DNA of 36,372 nt from Campylobacteraceae bacterium (GTDB taxonomy: Bacteria; Campylobacterota; Campylobacteria; Campylobacterales; Sulfurospirillaceae), in contig JALUXQ010000192.1 in assembly GCA_027013265.1 (NCBI GenBank), positions 1 through 36,372 on the forward strand, given 5' to 3'. Position numbers and translations under genes: made by a program. This document shows positions 1 through 10,031 of the stretch, piece after piece; position 1 is the stretch's first letter; each line of letters starts with the position of its first letter. The notes below the pieces were generated by a model. The model was not told where the DNA came from, did no database searches, and saw nothing but the letters and a program-made list of their open reading frames with translations.

Positions 1-88
1 CCAAAAAGATGCTGAAGGATTTATCAAGTTAAATGCCTTGCGTTTTATAATTAGTGGGAAAAACAAGAAGTTTTATGGCGACAAGTGA
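1..88 (+). CDS. argG: Argininosuccinate synthase, 3' end (partial)
   Basis: Frame from base 2 reads QKDAEGFIKLNALRFIISGKNKKFYGDK*, matching the ArgG C-terminal 'DAEGFI' motif. argG precedes rplI-hslVU-era in Campylobacterales. Not in the ORF track. Confidence 0.85.
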   Translation, partial: QKDAEGFIKLNALRFIISGKNKKFYGDK

Positions 89-470
89 TGTAGAAGAGTT
101 GCAAGAGAGTATATTTGCAGACGCTCAGGTTGCAGATAATGAGTTACAAAAGCTTATAAAAAACAGAGAAGATGGCAAGTTTGATTTTAAATTGATAGAC
201 ATACGAGAGATATATGAGTACAGTGATAAAAGCATAGATGGCACGGATTTACTATATCCCACATCACAGCTTCACAAGTACATAGATGAGCTAAATGGCT
301 ATAGAGAGGAAAATATCATACTATACTGTCGCACGGGAAATAGAACAGCTCAAGTTCTTGGAATCTTAAAAAGGATGGGATTTGAGAAAATTGCTCATTT
401 AACTAGAGGTATCGTTAGCTACTCTGGAAAGACAAGCAAAAATGCAAAATTACCAAAAAATATAAAATAG
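75..470 (+). CDS. Single-domain rhodanese-like protein
   Basis: LIDIRE..EY motif and active-site loop YCRTGNRT. ATG at 75, overlapping the argG end, is preferred over GTG at 54. Confidence 0.85.
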   Translation: MATSDVEELQESIFADAQVADNELQKLIKNREDGKFDFKLIDIREIYEYSDKSIDGTDLLYPTSQLHKYIDELNGYREENIILYCRTGNRTAQVLGILKRMGFEKIAHLTRGIVSYSGKTSKNAKLPKNIK

Positions 471-479
471 GAGAAAATT

Positions 480-926
480 ATGAAAGTTTTACTAATCAAA
501 GATGTAAAATCACTTGGAAAAAAGGGTGAGATAAAAGATGTAAAAGATGGCTATGGTAGAAATTTTTTGATAGGAAAAGGCTTTGCTCTGCATGCAACAA
601 ATGAGGTCTTAAAAAAATACGAAGCTGATCAGAAGAGAAAAGCAAAAGAGGAAGCCGATGAGCTTGCACGACTAAAAGATATAGAGAAAAAATTAGCCGA
701 CTTGAAACTTGTCATCAAAAGAAAATTAGGTGCAAACGGTAGCCTTTTTGGAGCTGTTACGAAAGATGAAATAGCACAAGAGTTAAAAAACCAAAATGAT
801 ATAGATATCGACAAAAAAACGATAGAGATAGACAAAGCGATAAAGATGACAGGTAACTTTGAAATTTCTGTCAAACTAGGACACGGCATTCATGCCAAAT
901 TAAGTGTCGATATAGTTGGAGAGTAA
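480..926 (+). CDS. rplI: 50S ribosomal protein L9
   Basis: [30 protein letters not shown] and LFGAVT motifs; AGGAG RBS. Confidence 0.98.
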   Translation: MKVLLIKDVKSLGKKGEIKDVKDGYGRNFLIGKGFALHATNEVLKKYEADQKRKAKEEADELARLKDIEKKLADLKLVIKRKLGANGSLFGAVTKDEIAQELKNQNDIDIDKKTIEIDKAIKMTGNFEISVKLGHGIHAKLSVDIVGE

Positions 927-929
927 GAT

Positions 930-1472
930 ATGTTTGAAGCAACAACCATCCTTGCTTGCAAAGGTAAAAACAGAGCCGTCATCGGTGGAGATGGTCAAGT
1001 CACTTTTGGCAACACAGTACTTAAAAACAATGCCACAAAAATAAGAAAACTATATAACGGTAAAATCTTAGCCGGTTTTGCAGGAAGTACCGCAGATGCT
1101 TTCAATCTTTTTGATATGTTTGAGGGGATTTTGGGGCAGAAAAAAGGTGACCTTTACAAGTCAGTTATAGAGTTTTCAAAAGAGTGGAGAAAAGACAAAA
1201 TGCTTCGCCGATTAGAGGCTATGATGATAGTGCTTGATACTAAACACATCTATATCCTAAGTGGTAATGGAGATGTGGTTGAACCAGAAGATGAAAAGAT
1301 AGCTGCTATAGGGAGTGGTGGAAACTTTGCCATTTCAGCAGCAAGAGCCTTAGATAGACACACTAAACTAGACGAAGAAAAGCTAGTTGAAGAGAGTCTT
1401 AAAATAGCAAGTGAACTTTGTATCTACACAAACAACAATATAAAAACATACATTTTAGAGGAAGAAAAATAG
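930..1472 (+). CDS. hslV: ATP-dependent protease peptidase subunit HslV
   Basis: TTIL N-terminal nucleophile, [21 protein letters not shown]. Confidence 0.98.
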   Translation: MFEATTILACKGKNRAVIGGDGQVTFGNTVLKNNATKIRKLYNGKILAGFAGSTADAFNLFDMFEGILGQKKGDLYKSVIEFSKEWRKDKMLRRLEAMMIVLDTKHIYILSGNGDVVEPEDEKIAAIGSGGNFAISAARALDRHTKLDEEKLVEESLKIASELCIYTNNNIKTYILEEEK

Positions 1473-2798
1473 ATGAATTTAACTCCAAAAGAGATAGTTA
1501 AATATTTAGATGAGTATATAATAGGGCAATTTGAAGCCAAAAAAGCTATTGCGATAGCACTAAGAAACAGACACAGAAGACTGCAACTAACTCCAGAAAT
1601 GCAAGAAGAGATAATGCCAAAAAACATACTCATGATTGGTTCAACTGGTGTTGGAAAGACTGAGATAGCAAGACGCATGGCAAAGATGATGGGTTTGCCT
1701 TTTGTAAAAGTTGAAGCTAGTAAATACACCGAAGTTGGCTTTGTCGGAAGAGATGTAGAATCAATGGTAAGAGATCTAATGATGGCTTCGATAAACATAA
1801 CAAGAGCTGACCATAAGGAGAAAAATGCAGACCAAATAGAGCTTCATGTTGAGAAAAAAATCATAGAAAAACTTCTTCCTTCACTTCCAAAAGGTGCAAG
1901 TGATGAAAAGAAGAGTGACTACCAAAGAAGTTATGGGAAAATGAGGCAAAAATTTAGAGATGGTGAATTAGATGAACTAGAGATTGAAGTTGAAATATCA
2001 AGTAGCAGTAGTGAACTATCTGACTCTTCTCTTCCTCCTGAAGTTGTAAAAGTACAAGAATCTTTCATAAAAATACTTGGCTCAAACCAAAAGAATATAA
2101 AAAAAACACTTAAAGTAAAAGAGGCAAAAGAGGCACTTAAAAATGAAGCGAGTGAAAAACTTCTTGATTTTGAAGCCATAAAACTAGAGGCAAAAAATAG
2201 AGCTGAAAATGGTGGTATAATTTTTATCGATGAAATTGATAAAGTAGCTGTCAGTTCACACTCATCAAACAGAAGTGACCCTAGCAAAGAGGGCGTCCAA
2301 AGAGACCTGCTCCCTATTGTAGAGGGTAGTGATGTCAATACAAAGTATGGCATAGTAAAAACCGACCATATACTCTTCATCTCAGCGGGTGCTTTTCACC
2401 TTAGTAAGCCAAGCGACCTAATACCAGAGCTTCAAGGCAGATTTCCATTGAGAGTCGAACTAAACTCTCTTAGTGAAGAGATTTTATATAAGATACTGAC
2501 TCAGCCAAAAAATTCACTTTTAAAGCAGTATATAGAGCTTTTAAAAACAGAAAAAGTTGATTTGATTTTTGAAGATGATGCAGTTAAGGCGATAGCAAAA
2601 ATTTCCCAACTTACAAATGAGAAGACCGAGGATATAGGAGCTAGACGACTCCACACTGTCATAGAAAAAGTTTTAGAAGACATCAGTTATAGTGCCGATG
2701 AGTTTGCAGGCGAGGAGATAAGAGTAACAAAAGACTTAGTACACGAAAAACTTGACTCTATAGTAGAGGATGAAGATAGTAGCAGGTATATACTCTAA
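1473..2798 (+). CDS. hslU: ATP-dependent protease ATPase subunit HslU
   Basis: Walker A GSTGVGKT, IFIDEIDK, GVQRDLLP, IGARRL; directly follows hslV. Confidence 0.98.
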   Translation: MNLTPKEIVKYLDEYIIGQFEAKKAIAIALRNRHRRLQLTPEMQEEIMPKNILMIGSTGVGKTEIARRMAKMMGLPFVKVEASKYTEVGFVGRDVESMVRDLMMASINITRADHKEKNADQIELHVEKKIIEKLLPSLPKGASDEKKSDYQRSYGKMRQKFRDGELDELEIEVEISSSSSELSDSSLPPEVVKVQESFIKILGSNQKNIKKTLKVKEAKEALKNEASEKLLDFEAIKLEAKNRAENGGIIFIDEIDKVAVSSHSSNRSDPSKEGVQRDLLPIVEGSDVNTKYGIVKTDHILFISAGAFHLSKPSDLIPELQGRFPLRVELNSLSEEILYKILTQPKNSLLKQYIELLKTEKVDLIFEDDAVKAIAKISQLTNEKTEDIGARRLHTVIEKVLEDISYSADEFAGEEIRVTKDLVHEKLDSIVEDEDSSRYIL

Positions 2799-3692
2799 AT
2801 GAATAAGCAGGAGACAAAATCTGGCTTTGTTGCCGTCATAGGAAGACCAAATGCAGGCAAGAGTTCACTACTAAATTGGCTAGTGGACGAAAAAATTGCC
2901 ATGGTTTCTCACAAAGCAAATGCGACTAGAAGAAGATCTAAAATCATAGCTTTGCATAAAAATGCACAGATTATATTTATAGATACTCCTGGTATCCATG
3001 AACAAGAGAGACTTCTAAATCAATTTATGCTTGAAGAGGCCTTGAAAGCTATGAGCGATTGTGACTTGATACTGTTTCTAGCTCCCGTGACTGATAAGCT
3101 TGAATATTATCTTGATTTTCTTGAGAAAAATAGAAAAAATACACCACACATCATTCTTTTAACAAAAACTGACAATGTTTCTCAAAAGCAGGTTCTAGAT
3201 AAGATGCAACAATATAGCAAGTACCAAAAAAATTTCCTAGCTCTCATACCAACTTCCATAAAAAAAGGTATTTCAAAAGAGTATATCTTAGAAGAGGTTT
3301 CAAAACATATACCAACTCATCCCTATCTTTACGATAAAGAAATTTTAACTACTGAAACCTTAAGAGATATCTACAAAGAGTATATAAGAGAGTCTATCTT
3401 TGAAAACACGAGTGAAGAGATTCCGTATTTTACCGATGTAGTGGTTGAGAGCGTTAAAGAGAAGGACGATATAGATGTCATATATGCAAATATAATCGTT
3501 GAAAAAAAGAGCCAAAAAGGCATAATAATAGGAAAAGATGGAAAAACTATAAAAAGAATAGGAAGAGATGCTAGAAATAATATAGAGAAACTGACCAATA
3601 AAAAGGTTTTTTTGAAGATTTTTGTTATAATTAAGCCTGGATGGAGCCAAAATAGGGACATTTTAAAGAAAATCGGCTACAATTTAGACTAA
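2799..3692 (+). CDS. era: GTPase Era
   Basis: GRPNAGKS, DTPG, TKTD, and KH-domain SQKGIIIGKDG. Confidence 0.97.
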   Translation: MNKQETKSGFVAVIGRPNAGKSSLLNWLVDEKIAMVSHKANATRRRSKIIALHKNAQIIFIDTPGIHEQERLLNQFMLEEALKAMSDCDLILFLAPVTDKLEYYLDFLEKNRKNTPHIILLTKTDNVSQKQVLDKMQQYSKYQKNFLALIPTSIKKGISKEYILEEVSKHIPTHPYLYDKEILTTETLRDIYKEYIRESIFENTSEEIPYFTDVVVESVKEKDDIDVIYANIIVEKKSQKGIIIGKDGKTIKRIGRDARNNIEKLTNKKVFLKIFVIIKPGWSQNRDILKKIGYNLD

Positions 3693-3706
3693 AAATGAAA
3701 TTTTTA

Positions 3707-3715
3707 TGGTACAAT
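3707..3715 (+). promoter_or_regulatory. Putative extended -10 promoter (TGnTACAAT) for the pilus operon
   Basis: TGGTACAAT about 35 nt upstream of ATG 3749; AGGAG RBS at 3735-3739. Confidence 0.55.
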
Positions 3716-3748
3716 TTAACTAATATTCAAAAATAGGAGTTGTTAACA

Positions 3749-5275
3749 ATGGTAGCAAAGAAAGAGAAAAACTATTCAAACATAATCTCCATTGACCCCA
3801 TAACGCTTAACTCTTACGAATATAGCAAAAACGAGATAAAAGTAAACAAACTAGAAAAAAGCAAAAAAGACTCTTTCTTTACCTCATACATTCCTGCAAA
3901 AGATATCATCACCGCATCAATCGAAATGAGCAGAAATATCTCTGATGAAGATTTAAAAGATGCGATCGAAATAAAAGTTTATGATGAGCTTGGTCTTGAC
4001 TCTGCAATAGACTACTCTATTACATATCTAGAGACAGAAACAAATGATGTAAAAAATAGGGTTTATAATGTCTTTGTTATCGATTCATCAATGGTAAATG
4101 AAAGACTCTCTCGTGTAAAAAAATATACAAAATATATCGACTTTGTTACAGGCTCTCCTTTTTTACTACAGTCCTTATATAAAAAGAATTTTTTAGAGCC
4201 TGACAGTGTTGACTGTTTTGTATATTTTCAAAAAGATGATGCTTTTTTGGCAATATATAGGGACGGGGAATATATCTATTCAAAATCTCTACACTACTCA
4301 TTAGCACAAATAAATGAAAAATTTTGTGAACTTTTAGGCGAAAGAGTTGATGAGAAAGATTTCAACAATCTTCTTGTAAATGAGGGTCTAAAAGGAAATA
4401 ACTTAGATTATCAACAACACTTGATGAAGCTTTTTGGAGAGATATTTTTATATATAAATGATGTGTTGGTTTATGCAAAAAGATCATACTCGTTAGAGTC
4501 AATAGACAAGATTTACATAGGCTCCGAAGTTGGTGAATTGCTTGGTTTGGACGAGTATGCACAAAGTTATTTGGGTCTTGAAGCCCATGAGTTTAACTTT
4601 AGTATAGCTATCAACTCAAAAGAGTGGTATATAGACCAAATTCATATACTCATGATACTTTCAGCCCAAGTATATTTTGATGAGAAGGATGAGAATTTAA
4701 ACTTTTCTCCTTTTAAGAGACCTCCACCTCTATCAGAAAGAACCTCAGGAAAACTGCTAGGAGCAGTTATAGCCAGTACAATCTTATCATTGGCATATCC
4801 TGGATATCAGTTGGGTTATGACTACTTTTTGCAGTTTAAACTATCAAAACAGAGAAAGGTGTTTGCAGAATTAAACAAAAAGACGATAGCGATAAAGCGG
4901 GAGCTAGCAAATATAAAACGAGCAAAAAACAAGGTAAATTCTTTATTGAAAAAAGAGGGGCAAAAGTTCGAATTTAGAAAGAAATTGCTCAATGAGATAT
5001 ATGCCAAAAAGATTTCATATCCGATGAAAGCATTGATCTTATCAGAGCTGTTTCAAATCTCAAACAGATCTCAATCAAAAATCATAGATGCAAAATTCAA
5101 AGATGGAGTATTGACTTTTGATATACAAAATAGAAGCGATAAAAAAATAACAGAATTTATACAAAATTTAACAAAATTAAATAAGTATCAAATTAATACA
5201 AAAAAGATTGTGAAAAATGATAAAAAAGGGATGTATCTATCTCGAATATCAATAGGAATAGATGATGAAAAATAG
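3749..5275 (+). CDS. PilM/PilN-like (MshI/GspL-like) alignment-complex protein
   Basis: Large soluble N-domain ending in 'NLNFSP', one hydrophobic segment (LLGAVIASTILSLAY), a Lys-rich coiled coil and a short C-terminal alpha/beta domain. First gene of the secretin operon. ATG 3749 fits the RBS spacing. Confidence 0.7.
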   Translation: MVAKKEKNYSNIISIDPITLNSYEYSKNEIKVNKLEKSKKDSFFTSYIPAKDIITASIEMSRNISDEDLKDAIEIKVYDELGLDSAIDYSITYLETETNDVKNRVYNVFVIDSSMVNERLSRVKKYTKYIDFVTGSPFLLQSLYKKNFLEPDSVDCFVYFQKDDAFLAIYRDGEYIYSKSLHYSLAQINEKFCELLGERVDEKDFNNLLVNEGLKGNNLDYQQHLMKLFGEIFLYINDVLVYAKRSYSLESIDKIYIGSEVGELLGLDEYAQSYLGLEAHEFNFSIAINSKEWYIDQIHILMILSAQVYFDEKDENLNFSPFKRPPPLSERTSGKLLGAVIASTILSLAYPGYQLGYDYFLQFKLSKQRKVFAELNKKTIAIKRELANIKRAKNKVNSLLKKEGQKFEFRKKLLNEIYAKKISYPMKALILSELFQISNRSQSKIIDAKFKDGVLTFDIQNRSDKKITEFIQNLTKLNKYQINTKKIVKNDKKGMYLSRISIGIDDEK

Positions 5276-5912
5276 TGATAATATATCTGAAAGAATTGAC
5301 AGCTACTTTTCGGGCAAAAAGAGTAGTGAAATCGCGCTTGTATTTTTTCTAGTTTTTGCATTTATTGCATTTTTATCCTATTCTTATATATTTCCTGTAA
5401 CTCAAAAAAGGTTAAAAATATCAAAAAGAAATCTTATAATGATGAACAAAAAAGTTCAAAGCGAGAAAAACTATCTGAGATCTGTCACCAGAAATGGAGA
5501 TGAAAGGTTTTATATAAAAAAATCTAAAAAAGAGTTAGAAAATCTTAAAATTACACTAGAGAAAACAACATATACTAATGCTTATGTTGATAATAAACTA
5601 AAAGAGTTATCATATCTACTCTTTAATAATCAAAATTGGGCAAAATTTTTAAACTCCATCACTTCATTAGCACAAAAAAATCATGTAAAAATAAAAATAA
5701 TTGAAAACAAGATAAACGAACCAACTCTGCAAAAAATTGAGCAGATACTAAATCTAAAAGTTAAATTTAATGGCAATTTTAAAAATGTAATGAAGTATAT
5801 AAATCAGATTGAAGAGAGCAAGCTGGTTGTTGACATATATGAGATGAATCTCAAAGGTGCATCTGGCATTGATGGCTATGTCAATATTGCTGTTTGGGGG
5901 ATGAAATATTGA
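5262..5912 (+). CDS. PilO/MshJ-like inner-membrane protein
   Basis: N-terminal TM, coiled coil, and a 'FLNSITSLAQKNHV...GNFKNVMKYINQIE' PilO/GspM-like pattern. Confidence 0.75.
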   Translation: MMKNSDNISERIDSYFSGKKSSEIALVFFLVFAFIAFLSYSYIFPVTQKRLKISKRNLIMMNKKVQSEKNYLRSVTRNGDERFYIKKSKKELENLKITLEKTTYTNAYVDNKLKELSYLLFNNQNWAKFLNSITSLAQKNHVKIKIIENKINEPTLQKIEQILNLKVKFNGNFKNVMKYINQIEESKLVVDIYEMNLKGASGIDGYVNIAVWGMKY

Positions 5913-6334
5913 AAACAATTAAAACACTAATACCTGTCCTCTTTCTTTTGTCAAGTTTTCTCTATGCATCTGCTGAACTGTCGCTAGGGAATGAGACAAA
6001 AGTTTATGATAAAATTTTTGAGAAAATAGGTGAAACTAGAGTGGGTGCTAATGTAGAAGATATAAATAGATTAAGAAATCCTTTTGTGGTAATTTATAGA
6101 AAACGCAAAGATGCAAATGGTACAAAAAGACCTCAAATTACCTATACCCTCGATGGAATTTTTGAAAATAAGGCAAAAATCAATGGAAAGTGGAGAAAAA
6201 AATATAGTAAAATTGGTACATACAAATTGATAAAAATAAAAAAAAGAAGTGTAGTATTAAGAAACACGAATGAAAACAAAGAACTTTTTATAAGGAATAA
6301 CAATGATTCGAAAATCAAATTTTCATCTAAATAG
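5909..6334 (+). CDS. MshK/PilP-like periplasmic protein (transformation system protein)
   Basis: Signal peptide from TTG 5909 (overlaps the upstream stop), 'LRNPF' motif, beta-rich 'LDGIF..KAKING' C-domain; immediately before the secretin. Confidence 0.6.
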   Translation: MKTIKTLIPVLFLLSSFLYASAELSLGNETKVYDKIFEKIGETRVGANVEDINRLRNPFVVIYRKRKDANGTKRPQITYTLDGIFENKAKINGKWRKKYSKIGTYKLIKIKKRSVVLRNTNENKELFIRNNNDSKIKFSSK

Positions 6335-7787
6335 CAAAAACATATACCTGTTTATATTTTTATTGTTTTTTGCCTTAGACCCTTTAAATGCAAAGACTAG
6401 CAATCAATCATGTGAATACAGAGCTTTTAATATTAAAACTAGTGATAGAGTATCGAGTATTGAACTTTTAACACAGATTGCAGACTCTTGTGATTTTACT
6501 GTTTTGGTTAAAGATGCTTATGCAAAAGAGGCCTTGAAAAATAACTTAGAGGGTGTAAATATCAAAAACTTATCTCTCAATGAACTATTCGACCTGCTTA
6601 TAGGGGATAATGATTTGTATTATACATTTAAAAATAGTATACTGCAAATATCATCTTTAAAAACTCAGATATTTAGAATTGATTATATAACTTCTATTCG
6701 GAATGGAACAGCTATCTTAAATGCCTCAGTAGATGCAACGCCAACAGAAGAAGGTGGGAAGAGAGCGGTCAATGGCGATAATAAAATAACATCAAACGAT
6801 AAATTTGATTTTTGGTCAAAAATTGCAGCTGAGTTAACATCAGTACTCAATACTGGTGCAGACAAATACAAAGCATCAACACCAATTATAAATCCAAATG
6901 CTGGGATTATAACTATCACAGCCACAAAAAAACAGCTAAAAAGAGTTAGCCAATACATAAAAGTTTTAAAAGAGAGACTACACAAACAAGTACTTATCAA
7001 TGTGAAAATATTATCTGTCGATCTGCAACATAAAAGTTCAAATGGTATAGATTGGAGTAAATTTAACTTATCACTTAACAATAGTGCAAACTTCACAGCA
7101 AATGGAACAGGAACGAATCCTTTGCAATCTTTAGCCTTCACTAACTCTTATACAGTTGTTAGTAAAAATGTATTTACAATGACTGGTCTTATAGATTTTT
7201 TATCAACCCATGGCAACACAAGAGTTGTCTCAAGCCCAAAAGTTTTATCTCTAAATAATCAGCAAGCTCTTATAACAGTGGGTGACAATATTAATTATCG
7301 TGTACCAGAAAATACAACGAATAACTCTACTGCCACATCAACAACTGTTACAACATATAAAAATTACTCTATATTTATAGGGGTTTTATTAAATATTACT
7401 CCAGAAATATCAGACAATAATGAAATAATTTTGAGAATTAATCCATCGGTAAGTAACTTCAAGTACACAGCAGATGATGGAAAACAGACAAACCCTAGAG
7501 AAATCGCACCAGACACATCAGAGAAAAAACTATCGACTGTTGTCAGGATAAAAAATGGAAATACTATTATATTGGGCGGATTAATCACAAACTCAAAAGG
7601 AAAAACTCATTCAAGCGTTCCAATTTTAAGCCAAATCCCAATACTTGGAGGTGCCTTTAGACATACGGGGGATAGCTTAACTTCCCAAGAGTTGATATTT
7701 GTAATCACTCCAACCATCATTGGCGTCAATGGAAGCACAAGTACATCTTTAAGAAAACTGGGTTTTTCCAAGAGAATATATGAATAA
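6303..7787 (+). CDS. mshL: Outer-membrane secretin, MshL/CtsD (GspD/PilQ family)
   Basis: QVLINVKI..V, GIDWS, SSPKVLSLNNQQALI, IILGGLI, VPILSQIPILGGAF, ELIFVITP. Confidence 0.92.
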   Translation: MIRKSNFHLNSKNIYLFIFLLFFALDPLNAKTSNQSCEYRAFNIKTSDRVSSIELLTQIADSCDFTVLVKDAYAKEALKNNLEGVNIKNLSLNELFDLLIGDNDLYYTFKNSILQISSLKTQIFRIDYITSIRNGTAILNASVDATPTEEGGKRAVNGDNKITSNDKFDFWSKIAAELTSVLNTGADKYKASTPIINPNAGIITITATKKQLKRVSQYIKVLKERLHKQVLINVKILSVDLQHKSSNGIDWSKFNLSLNNSANFTANGTGTNPLQSLAFTNSYTVVSKNVFTMTGLIDFLSTHGNTRVVSSPKVLSLNNQQALITVGDNINYRVPENTTNNSTATSTTVTTYKNYSIFIGVLLNITPEISDNNEIILRINPSVSNFKYTADDGKQTNPREIAPDTSEKKLSTVVRIKNGNTIILGGLITNSKGKTHSSVPILSQIPILGGAFRHTGDSLTSQELIFVITPTIIGVNGSTSTSLRKLGFSKRIYE

Positions 7788-8598
7788 AAGTGCATATATA
7801 GGTTTAAAAAATATTTTCGTAGATGATGGTGTATTTGACTATATAAACTTGGACAAATCGTCAGCGGTATATGAAAAATTGGTACAAGCTATAGATAAAC
7901 CTCTAAAACTTATACTCTTTTTTGGCAGGCCTGGAACAGGGAAGACTTTTTTATTGCAAAAAATATATAATGACTTCAAAAAAAAGAGAAATATTATATT
8001 TTTTCCTAGACCATTTTTCAATGAACTAGAGTTTTTAAAGGCTCTATACACAGAGACCTTCAAAGAAGAAGCACCAAGCATAAGTGGATATGACCAGTTT
8101 TTATCTATAGTAACAAAAAAACTTGATCTAAGTAAAAAAGATAAAGCAATAACAGTACTAATCGATGAATCTCAACTATATCCTGATGAATTAATAGAAA
8201 AAATCAGACTTATGGCAGATTCTAGAAAATTTAAATTCCTATTTACTGTTCACAAGACAGATGAAGAAGATGTTCTTGCAAAAGACTACTTTGCGACAAG
8301 GATTTGGGAGACAATCGAGCTTGAGAGTTCATCTTCTCATGAGGTTAAAACATACATAGAAAAAAAGTTGATTTTTCACAATAAATTTGAATATTTAAAT
8401 CTTTTTAAAGAGAAGCACTTTAAGTTAATCATGCAATTTACAAAGGGAAATCTTAGAAATATAAACAAACTACTCTTTAAACTGTTTGAGATTTTGGAGT
8501 ATTATGATATATCAAGTCCCTCTAAAATCAACCCGAGATCACTTAATACAAAATTTTTAATAATGGCCGGTATAAGTCAAGGTATGGTAAATGTTTAG
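7780..8598 (+). CDS. ExeA/MshM-like AAA ATPase (CtsP-like)
   Basis: Walker A GRPGTGKT, Walker B VLIDESQ, 'TKGNLRNINKL' sensor motif. Confidence 0.85.
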   Translation: MNKSAYIGLKNIFVDDGVFDYINLDKSSAVYEKLVQAIDKPLKLILFFGRPGTGKTFLLQKIYNDFKKKRNIIFFPRPFFNELEFLKALYTETFKEEAPSISGYDQFLSIVTKKLDLSKKDKAITVLIDESQLYPDELIEKIRLMADSRKFKFLFTVHKTDEEDVLAKDYFATRIWETIELESSSSHEVKTYIEKKLIFHNKFEYLNLFKEKHFKLIMQFTKGNLRNINKLLFKLFEILEYYDISSPSKINPRSLNTKFLIMAGISQGMVNV

Positions 8599-9484
8599 TG
8601 CTAGCGAAATTGCTGACTTGGAGAAGAAATATTCAAAATATTTAATGAAAAAATTTTTTAAGTATCTTTTTGTTATTGCTTTGACACTAGTCATTTCATC
8701 CTCTGTTGCCTACTATGCATTTCTCTATAAGCCATCTAAAATCAAAGAGGGAAAAGTTATAATAAAACAAGAAAAAAATACAAAGAAGACTAAGCCACTT
8801 ATAAAAGAGTCAAATATATCTATAATTATTACTGAAAAAAATACCTCTATACCTACAATACCAAAAAGCACAGAGAAAAACAGTAGTAAAGAAAAAATAG
8901 TTAAAAATAAGATAAGAAATAGTAAAGTTGTTGAAAAACCAAACAGTAGTAAGTCACAACAAAAAGAACAAAAAGAAGATAAACTCTATTTTCACATAAA
9001 GCCTTCGGATGACCTATCTTTTGAAAGTTCACAAAGGGCTTCACTAAAACTAAATATACCAACAGTAAAAACTGATACAAATACTACAAAAATTGCGAAA
9101 ATTGAAGTTAAAGATGATACAATAAAAGAAGAAAAAACAGTACTGCCTAAAGTACCAAAAATAAAAATAGAAATGCAAGATATTGACTCTATTAGATATT
9201 TAAAAGATAAATATGAAAATACACATAATATAATTTTTGCTTTAATGCTTTGTGAAGAGTACTACTCTCAAAAAGATTATGAAAATTCGCTGAAATGGTC
9301 TATTATCGCCAATGATATTGATAATAACAGTGAAAGAAGTTGGGTATGGTTTGCAAAATCAAAATATAGACTTGGTAAAAAAGATGATGCTGTGCGTGCA
9401 TTAAAAGCATATTTAAAAGCAAATGAATCAAACACAGTTAAATCTCTTTTAAAAAATATTGAAAATGGGAGACTAGATGATTAA
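8591..9484 (+). CDS. Membrane-anchored TPR protein (MshN/CtsX-like)
   Basis: N-terminal TM, long Lys/Ser/Thr-rich linker, C-terminal TPR-like helices (YYSQKDYENSLKW...FAKSKYRLGKKDDAVRAL). Confidence 0.7.
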   Translation: MFSASEIADLEKKYSKYLMKKFFKYLFVIALTLVISSSVAYYAFLYKPSKIKEGKVIIKQEKNTKKTKPLIKESNISIIITEKNTSIPTIPKSTEKNSSKEKIVKNKIRNSKVVEKPNSSKSQQKEQKEDKLYFHIKPSDDLSFESSQRASLKLNIPTVKTDTNTTKIAKIEVKDDTIKEEKTVLPKVPKIKIEMQDIDSIRYLKDKYENTHNIIFALMLCEEYYSQKDYENSLKWSIIANDIDNNSERSWVWFAKSKYRLGKKDDAVRALKAYLKANESNTVKSLLKNIENGRLDD

Positions 9485-10025
9485 AATAGTACTAGCACTT
9501 ATAATGGCACTAAATTTTTTGTTTGCTACAAACCTAAATGACATTAAAATTTTATATGGCAACAAAAAATTCTCGAAAGTATGTACAAAATCTGGAGAGA
9601 TATATCAAAACTATAAAAGTAATGAAGAGTTTCTAAATATTTTTGCGGCATCTTGTTTAAATTCTGATATGATAAATAGAATGGTTTTACCAATTATTAA
9701 ACTCTACAAGACCAAAAAAGCAAGAGAAAATGCTGTTTATTTCTCTACTATACTATTTGAGAAAAAACTACTATACTATGCACTTAGTGATGATATAGAT
9801 ATCTCATATGTAAATCTTCCAAAAACAGACTATATACTCTCAAGAATATTTGATAAATTTGTAAAAGGAGAGTATGACTTAAGAAATAGCTCGTATTGGT
9901 TTTCAGACGATAATAATTCCAATCTATCATATAAACTATCCTTGGAAGAGAGAAACGGTGTAAAAAAGATGTATCTTAGAACCTACAGGGGACACAAGAT
10001 AATAAAAGTAAGAATTTATTGGTAA
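9477..10025 (+). CDS. Hypothetical exported protein in the pilus operon
   Basis: Signal-peptide-like N-terminus and two Cys; overlaps the upstream gene; GGGAG RBS. Confidence 0.75.
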   Translation: MIKIVLALIMALNFLFATNLNDIKILYGNKKFSKVCTKSGEIYQNYKSNEEFLNIFAASCLNSDMINRMVLPIIKLYKTKKARENAVYFSTILFEKKLLYYALSDDIDISYVNLPKTDYILSRIFDKFVKGEYDLRNSSYWFSDDNNSNLSYKLSLEERNGVKKMYLRTYRGHKIIKVRIYW

Positions 10026-10031
10026 CTATTG

